DNA of 64,000 bases from Minutocellus sp. GHC0000111 (taxonomy: Eukaryota), in assembly GCA_977018835.1 (NCBI GenBank), contig OZ361256.1:3100001-3164000 (forward strand), written 5' to 3'. Below, one piece after another: positions 61,697 to 64,000 of the stretch; positions within the stretch are counted from its first letter, which is position 1, and the number at the start of each line of letters is the position of its first letter. The translations under genes were made by a program, and so were the position numbers. Below the pieces are notes generated by a model that was not told the DNA's origin, made no database searches, and was given only the letters and a program-made list of their open reading frames with translations.

Positions 61697-64000
61697 ATGG
61701 GACGAAGCGACGGCGACGGCGGCGAAGAAGCCCAAGCCTCCCAGGGAAGCATGGCGGCGGCGAATGACGCCCGCAATAATAACTCCGAAGGAGCCGGCGG
61801 CGGCCGCGGCAGCAGCAGCAGCAGCAGCGGTGGCAATGCCACGCCCGGCAACGGCGACCGGCGCAACGAGAACGGCACGACCATGATGTGTGCTTCCGAG
61901 GAGGAGGAGGGCCGTACTAATCCCATGATTACCGGTGCAAGCGAAGGAGGAGGAGGAGGAGCGGTCGTGGCAAATGCTGGCGGCGCAAATGGCATTGATA
62001 ATGATAACACTAACGACGTCGACGACGACGGCACCGGCGCCCATTCCGCTTCCACCGGCGAGAGCGGCAGCATCGGCTTGGGCAGCGAGCAAGAAGAGAC
62101 CGCTGCGGCGGCAGCGACGGCAGCGGCGGCGGTTCGGGAGGCGGCGGTGGACCAAGTGCTGGACCTGGGAGGGCACGAGGACGACGAAGCCAACCTCTGG
62201 GCGTCGAGGAGCACCGCTGCCTGTTCCGTGGAACCTTCTTCCGCCGCCGCAGCGAAAGGAGCGCCGGAAGCGGACGCCGGGACGGTCGGGACCGCCGCCC
62301 TCCCGCTCGAGGGGGACGACGACGGCCACGCCGCCGCCGTCCTGGCCTACCTGCGGCAGCGGGGGCTCGACGCGGCCGCCGCCGACGTGGCGCGGTGGAT
62401 GCAGGATGGGCCCCAGCCTCCTGGACCTGGACCTGCTGCTAGTAGATGTAGTAGTGCCATTCGCGCCGGTAGCGGTACGGGTCCGGATCGGGCAGATGCA
62501 GACAATACATGTAATGGAAAGGACGGCGGCAATGGCGGCGGCGGTAGCGGCAGCGGCAGCGGCAGCGATGCATGTAACAACGACAACAACGACAACAACG
62601 ACAACAACAACAACGACAACAACGACAACAACGACGACAACGACGACAACGACAACGACGACAACAACGACAACAACAACAACGACAACGACAGCGACGA
62701 TGAGAAAAAGTTGCCAGCCAAGAACAGCAGTGCGCATGCATCTTACGACATAAGCGACGGCGAGCACGACGGCGCGGACACTCGCACCCGCCACGGCACT
62801 CGCCACGGCACTCGCAGCGCCGAGGACGAGTCGGTCATGGGGTGGATGTCGGCCATGTCGTCGACCTTCGACCTGTCCCTGGCCGGTCGGACCATGGCCA
62901 GCGCTAGCGCTAGCGCTAGCGCTAGCGCTGCATGTTCCGATGGTACACCGCCATGTGGCGACGACGATGGCGATGGCGATGATGATGACGATGACGATGA
63001 CGAACCTGCTCCGGCCACTGGTACATGTAGTGCGGCCGCAGCTGGAATGGCAGCCGCAGGAGCGACCACCAACGGAGGGGCCGGCGCCACAACATCCAAT
63101 GGCAGTGGCAGTGGCAACGGCAACGGCAATGGCAGTGGCGCCAGATCGTCGTCAGCCTCGGCCTCAGCGGCGGCGTCGTCATCGTCGTCGTCGGTCAAAA
63201 AGTTTTTCACCGACTTTGGCCGGTCCCTCCGCCCGTCGAAGCGAGACGGGGGCGCCAGGGATGGTGGTACCATCGGAGAGTCCCAGTACTCCAGCGGCGG
63301 GAGCGATCAGGGCCCACCCTCCAGCAGTCACCAGGCTCAGGCCCAGGCCCAGGCTCGGGCTCAGAGCGCGGTGCTCTTTCCCGGCCGACCCCCTCCGTGA
63401 TCTCGGGATTCCAAAGCCCCGGCCCCGGCCCAGGCAATGCGAGCCGTGCAGCCACCACCGCTGCATCGTCACTGCCTCCGGGCGCGTACGCCGTGAACAT
63501 TCCGGCGGTGCCCGGGGGTTACAGACAAGGTCCGCAACGGAGGAGACGGTTCAGCGGCGACCGGTACAGCCGAGCCTCGGGGGTGAGCAGTCGTCATTCT
63601 GTGTCGACCGACGACGACGGCGACGACGAGGACAGTGTTGATGTTGGCACTGTTGACACCCTCGATAGATTCCAACGCGTCATGGACGGCGATGACAATG
63701 GCGACGACAATGGCACGGTCGATAGGATGGACCGCTACGTTGGTCAGGTCCTGGAAAGAGATGCGCAGGCAGAGCGGGCAGAACTCCGGCGTTTGTCAAG
63801 CGCCAGCGGCGGAAGAATCGTTACGGTTGCCGAGGCAACGGCCGTGGAGGACGAGGTCTTTGAGGCCAGTGTCGTCGACGACAAGGACGGCATGGGTACC
63901 GCCGCGGCCAGATGGTCCAGGAGACAAAGGCATTGGTTGTGGGCGGCTTCCTTCTGCTTGTGGCTGTCATCGTTGCGCTTTCCGTGGCCGTGCCAAACAG
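61697..64000 (+). CDS. 5' part of a type II membrane protein paralogous to 51140-54685; frameshifted after ~63380; runs off the window
   Basis: Shared blocks: HAAAVLAYLRQRGLDAAAADVARWM, VKKFFTDFG, PGAYAVNIPAV (63478-63510) and VTVAEATAVEDEVFEASVVDDKDG..RWS, followed by a hydrophobic segment. Confidence 0.72.
62576..62702 (+). repeat. Coding (AAC/GAC)n trinucleotide tract (poly-Asn/Asp)
   Basis: About 40 consecutive RAC codons. A (GCTAGC)n Ala-Ser run also occurs at ~62902-62928. Confidence 0.95.

Noticed and set aside
61616..62806. Poly-Val minus ORF and poly-Thr/Cys-Arg alternative frames
   Set aside because: Products of the (AAC/GAC)n tract read in other frames.

Overview
Eukaryotic nuclear DNA, almost certainly a diatom. 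Supporting signs: short GT-AG introns, a signal peptide plus 'ATAFSP' plastid-targeting presequence, and sulfotransferase, HSF, HMG, Sel1, M11 and PT-repeat families typical of diatoms. PACRG points to a lineage with flagellated cells (centric diatom); this is inference. About 22 protein-coding loci were found, and no rRNA, tRNA, CRISPR array or intact transposon was recognised. The standout is a highly remodelled Argonaute (27115-31229, minus strand). It keeps its MID 5'-phosphate pocket residues but lacks a canonical slicer tetrad, and carries a ~160-aa insertion in MID, a 4-Cys insertion in PIWI and a KR->DD charge reversal. Around it are four paralogous Pro/Thr/Ser-repeat proteins (three with intact hydrophobic leaders) sharing an unnamed Cys-rich C-terminal domain; two have silaffin-like KxxK motifs. 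Also present: a 7TM-receptor/PT-repeat fusion junction, a kringle+LamG type II membrane protein with a divergently oriented paralog, and (CTAG)n runs at gene borders. Many genes carry short frameshifts, often in homopolymers, and three carry in-frame stops explainable by G>T. Consensus error is the simplest explanation, so gene models are reconstructions made by eye without database searches.
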